64,000 bases of DNA, taken from NCBI GenBank assembly GCA_963736855.1, contig CAVTQK010000021.1:64001-128000 (forward strand), written 5' to 3'. Each line of letters opens with the position of its first letter. Within the stretch, counting starts at the first letter, position 1. Source of the DNA: an uncultured delta proteobacterium. GTDB lineage: Bacteria > Desulfobacterota > Desulfobacteria > Desulfobacterales > UBA2156. The notes under the pieces are model-generated. The model did no database searches, was not told where the DNA came from, and saw only the letters and a list, made by a program, of their open reading frames with translations. This document shows, in pieces, positions 60,892-64,000 of the stretch. A program made the position numbers and the translations under genes.

Positions 60892-61791
60892 ATGTCTATG
60901 GAATGGCAGCAGATTCTTGGTTTCTATCATGCGGCAAGGTTGGGAAGCTTCACGAAGGCCGGGGAGGCTACGCTGCGGACTCAATCCGCCCTCAGCCAGC
61001 AAATCAAGGCTCTGGAGAATGAACTTGGCAGTCCGCTCTTTGATAGAATTGGAAAACGGAAAATCAAGCTCACGCCTTCCGGTGAAAGGTTCTTCGGATT
61101 TGCCGAATCGGTACTTGAGAGTTATGAGAATCTTAAAGCGGACCTGAGCGAGTCGAGTGGTGTCCGAAAAGGGCTTCTGAAGATATCCGCGCCATTTACC
61201 ACTCTCTATCACCTCATTCCCGACAAGCTGAGGGACTACCTGGAACGATTTCCCGAAGTCGAGCTCACTCTGCTGGACCGCCCCCAGGAAAGGGTGGTAG
61301 AGCTCGTGAGAAGTGGAGAAGTGGACTTCGGCCTGGCATTGGAATCCGTTGTGCCGAAGGACCTCGCAACCATCCGATGGGTGGGAGTCGAAACGGTTTT
61401 ACTGGTACCGCAGGGCCACCCTCTGGCTGACTTGAAGCGTGTGACATGGAAGCAACTTGCGAAATATCCTCTCATTTTGCAGCCGAAAAGCGGCAAGAGT
61501 TCCAGTCGCGCGCTGGTTGAAGAGCAGTTCCGAAAGCTTGGCGTTGATCATCGCATCGTCATGGAGTCGTCAAATATCGAGTTGAGCTCAATCTACGTTG
61601 AAATGGGTTTGGGAATCACCTTTGCCAATGTTGTAAAGGATTTGCCCGCACTAAAAATGAGAAAGCTTACGCTCATTTCTCTGGATCACTATTTCAAGCC
61701 CGACCATCTCTGTGTCGCCATGAGAAAGAACAAAGCCCTTGCATCCTACAAGGGAGCCTTTTTGGATGTCCTTTTTGGCAAAGAGACTTGA
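60892..61791 (+). CDS. LysR family transcriptional regulator
   Basis: SFTKAG...TQSALSQQIKALENELG..LFDR; divergent from the thioesterase. Confidence 0.93.
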   Translation: MSMEWQQILGFYHAARLGSFTKAGEATLRTQSALSQQIKALENELGSPLFDRIGKRKIKLTPSGERFFGFAESVLESYENLKADLSESSGVRKGLLKISAPFTTLYHLIPDKLRDYLERFPEVELTLLDRPQERVVELVRSGEVDFGLALESVVPKDLATIRWVGVETVLLVPQGHPLADLKRVTWKQLAKYPLILQPKSGKSSSRALVEEQFRKLGVDHRIVMESSNIELSSIYVEMGLGITFANVVKDLPALKMRKLTLISLDHYFKPDHLCVAMRKNKALASYKGAFLDVLFGKET

Positions 61792-61896
61792 CGCCCTCTT
61801 TTGGCCTGATTCATCACTCGGATAAGGGCAGCAAGTGCTGCTCCCACGAAACTTGATGATTGCGTTTCCCCAGACAGGCAGGTATGGAGGTTAAAT

Positions 61897-62090
61897 TTGA
61901 TGAAATCGTAAAAAGGCCGATTTTTCTCGCGCCGCAAGTCTTTTCGGAAGATCCAAAGGGTTTCGCTAAATCTCAAGAACTCGGCGCAAGCGCCTCAAAC
62001 AGCTTGAGATTTTTAACGCTCAACCCTTTTTCTCTTTTTTCCCGAAAAGACTTGAATGGCGCTCATAAAACTTTTTTACGAAGCCATCAA
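61897..62090. mobile_element. ~190-bp MITE/REP-like palindromic element
   Basis: TIRs TTGATGAAATCGTAAAAA / TTTTTACGAAGCCATCAA; nested internal hairpin. Confidence 0.7.
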
Positions 62091-62151
62091 TATTTGAATC
62101 ATCCGGGGAAAAATTGAGCGTTGCCGGTGAGGCACATAAGAAGGGTTTCAG

Positions 62152-63651
62152 ATGAACATCGCGAGAAATTTGGAACGTTCTGCACTTTTTTTCCCAGATC
62201 GACCTGCGATCAGTGAGGGTGCAACCGTCACTTCGTATGCCCAATTAAACGAGCGGGCGAGCCGTATCGCAGCAGCCCTCCTGAAACTGGGCATTCGGCC
62301 CGGCGACAAGGTGGGGCTCTGCGCTCCCAATTCAGAGGCATGGATGGCATTCTATTTCGGGATCCTGAAAGCAGGGGCAGCGGCGGTCACCCTCTCGAGC
62401 ACCCTGACGCGAGACGAGTTTTCGGGGATGGTCAGTGCCACTACACCCAAAGCCTTATTTGTTCCGGCTGAGAGGCGGGATGAGGTGAACGGCCTGATGG
62501 AATCGGAGATTCCGAGGATGATCCTGTGCGGTAGTGCCGGGTTGGATATGGAACACCTCGTGAAGATGGGATCTCCTTCCTTCCGGGCTGTGGAGCGGGA
62601 TAGGGCCGACATCGCCGCCATACTCTTCACCGGCGGTACCACCGGTGGACCCAAGGGCGTCATGCTTACTCATGAAAATATCCTTTCCGCCCTTCAGTGC
62701 GTGGTGTTCAATGAGCGATCCACGGAAAAGGATCGCGCCTTGTGCTTTCTTCCCTTCAACCACGTATTCGGGCAGATGCACATCATGAATGCCACCATCC
62801 TGAGCGGCGGGTGCATCGAATTGATCCCGGCCTTTGATATGGAGAAGGTCCTGCATGTCCTGTCTTCCGGGCAGGTGACCAAGTTTTTCGCCGTACCCAC
62901 CGTATACATTCGTCTCCTGGGCCTTGAAAGCCTGAGGGAAAAGCTGGGTTCGGTACGCTATTGCTTCTCGGCCGCTGCCGGCATGGCGGCGGAAACGGTC
63001 CGTCAGTGGAGGGAGCGGACGGGTCTGCAGATTCACGAGGCCTATGGGATGACGGAAAGCGCATCCATGGTCACATACAACCACTGCCACCGTCACGTGG
63101 TCGGATCTGTCGGGACGGTTACCGGAACCACGGAGATCCAGATCAGAGACCTGGAAGGGAATATCCGGGAAGTGGGGGAAGAAGGGGAGATCTGCATCCG
63201 CGGCCGCAACATCATGAAAGGATATCACAACAAGCCGGAAGAAACGCATGCTTCTTTTTGGGGTGAATGGTTCAGAAGCGGCGACATCGGGACCATGGAT
63301 GAGGATGGATACCTCTATATCGTGGATCGACTGAAGGATATGATCATCACCGGCGGTGAAAACGTTTATCCGAGGGAGATCGAGGAGATCCTTTTTCAGA
63401 GACCGGAGGTTCAGGAATGCGCGGTAATCGGTTTCCCGGACCGGGAATGGGGGGAGCGTGTAACCGCTGTGATCATCCCGAAGCCCGGACAGGTGGTTGA
63501 TGCCGATGAGATCAAGACCTATTTAAAAGGCCGTCTTTCGGCGTTCAAAGTACCCAAGGAGTACCTGGTGGTCGAGGAATTACCCAAGAGCCCCACCGGA
63601 AAAATACTCAAAAGGGAACTCAGGAAAAGCTTTTCTCTCCCGCTACTTTAG
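62152..63651 (+). CDS. Long-chain acyl-CoA synthetase (AMP-binding)
   Basis: FTGGTTGGPKG, AYGMTE, SGDIG, DRLKDMII.GGENV, PKSPTGKILKR. Confidence 0.93.
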   Translation: MNIARNLERSALFFPDRPAISEGATVTSYAQLNERASRIAAALLKLGIRPGDKVGLCAPNSEAWMAFYFGILKAGAAAVTLSSTLTRDEFSGMVSATTPKALFVPAERRDEVNGLMESEIPRMILCGSAGLDMEHLVKMGSPSFRAVERDRADIAAILFTGGTTGGPKGVMLTHENILSALQCVVFNERSTEKDRALCFLPFNHVFGQMHIMNATILSGGCIELIPAFDMEKVLHVLSSGQVTKFFAVPTVYIRLLGLESLREKLGSVRYCFSAAAGMAAETVRQWRERTGLQIHEAYGMTESASMVTYNHCHRHVVGSVGTVTGTTEIQIRDLEGNIREVGEEGEICIRGRNIMKGYHNKPEETHASFWGEWFRSGDIGTMDEDGYLYIVDRLKDMIITGGENVYPREIEEILFQRPEVQECAVIGFPDREWGERVTAVIIPKPGQVVDADEIKTYLKGRLSAFKVPKEYLVVEELPKSPTGKILKRELRKSFSLPLL

Positions 63652-63751
63652 GCGGAAAAGGGCAAGTGACCCTCTTACGCCCTAAAAGCCGCAATCCAAA
63701 GACACGACGGAATGCGGTTTTAGCCGGATTGTTATTGATTTGTGCAGCCTT

Positions 63752-64000
63752 TCAAGTGCCCATTGTGATCATGGCCACTCCTCCTGCCACCAGAACCGCG
63801 GCAGCTATCCTTGTCTGCCAGGGCCTTTCCCTAAAAACGAGAGTGCCGATCAATGCGGCCATGATGACGCTTGATTCCCGCAGGGCCGAGACTGCTGCGA
63901 TGGGTGCGAAGTTGGCTGCATAAATGACAATGCCGTAGGCCAAAACAGAGCTGATTGCTGTGCCTATGACTCCCTGCCAGTGGGATCGCCATGCAAAGAC
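63752..64000 (-). CDS. EamA/DMT family transporter (3' end only)
   Basis: AYGIVIYA...VSALRESSVIMAALIG..FRE. Confidence 0.8.
   Translation of the reverse strand, partial: VFAWRSHWQGVIGTAISSVLAYGIVIYAANFAPIAAVSALRESSVIMAALIGTLVFRERPWQTRIAAAVLVAGGVAMITMGT

Noticed and set aside
1..64000. CRISPR array, rRNA, tRNA, reverse transcriptase or integrase
   Set aside because: No regularly spaced repeats, no cloverleaf or rRNA signatures, and no RT or recombinase motifs were seen in the ORFs.

Overview
This 64-kb window looks like a chromosomal segment of an anaerobic bacterium. Gene content suggests Desulfobacterota, which is an inference. From start to end it holds: an acyl-CoA uptake and degradation operon (thiolase, LivK/H/M/G/F-type ABC transporter, CoA ligase, acyl-CoA dehydrogenase); a patchwork accessory region (hicAB, DUF4189, GGDEF-EAL plus PilZ, AhpF/TrxR, IS91-like debris); a GC-rich fused 2-oxoacid:ferredoxin oxidoreductase; iorAB and manA; a cooF-cooS-nuoE/nuoF/nuoG-like operon; a VIT-vWA-PEP-CTERM / exosortase / creBC operon; and a defence island (AAA-DUF4143, NYN nuclease, type III R-M, several TA modules). 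The four most notable items: (1) a CO dehydrogenase coupled to a HydABC-type module that has the electron-bifurcation ligand motifs; (2) an unannotated ~70-nt RNA unit with its own sigma70 promoter, hairpin and terminator, abutting the NYN RNase start codon on the opposite strand; (3) a dedicated exosortase sorting operon preceded by phased cre-box repeats; (4) ~260-bp MITE-like elements sharing a covarying hairpin core. Many +1 frameshifts at 45-55 kb look like consensus errors. No rRNA, tRNA or CRISPR array was seen. Family assignments come from motif recognition only; no searches were run.
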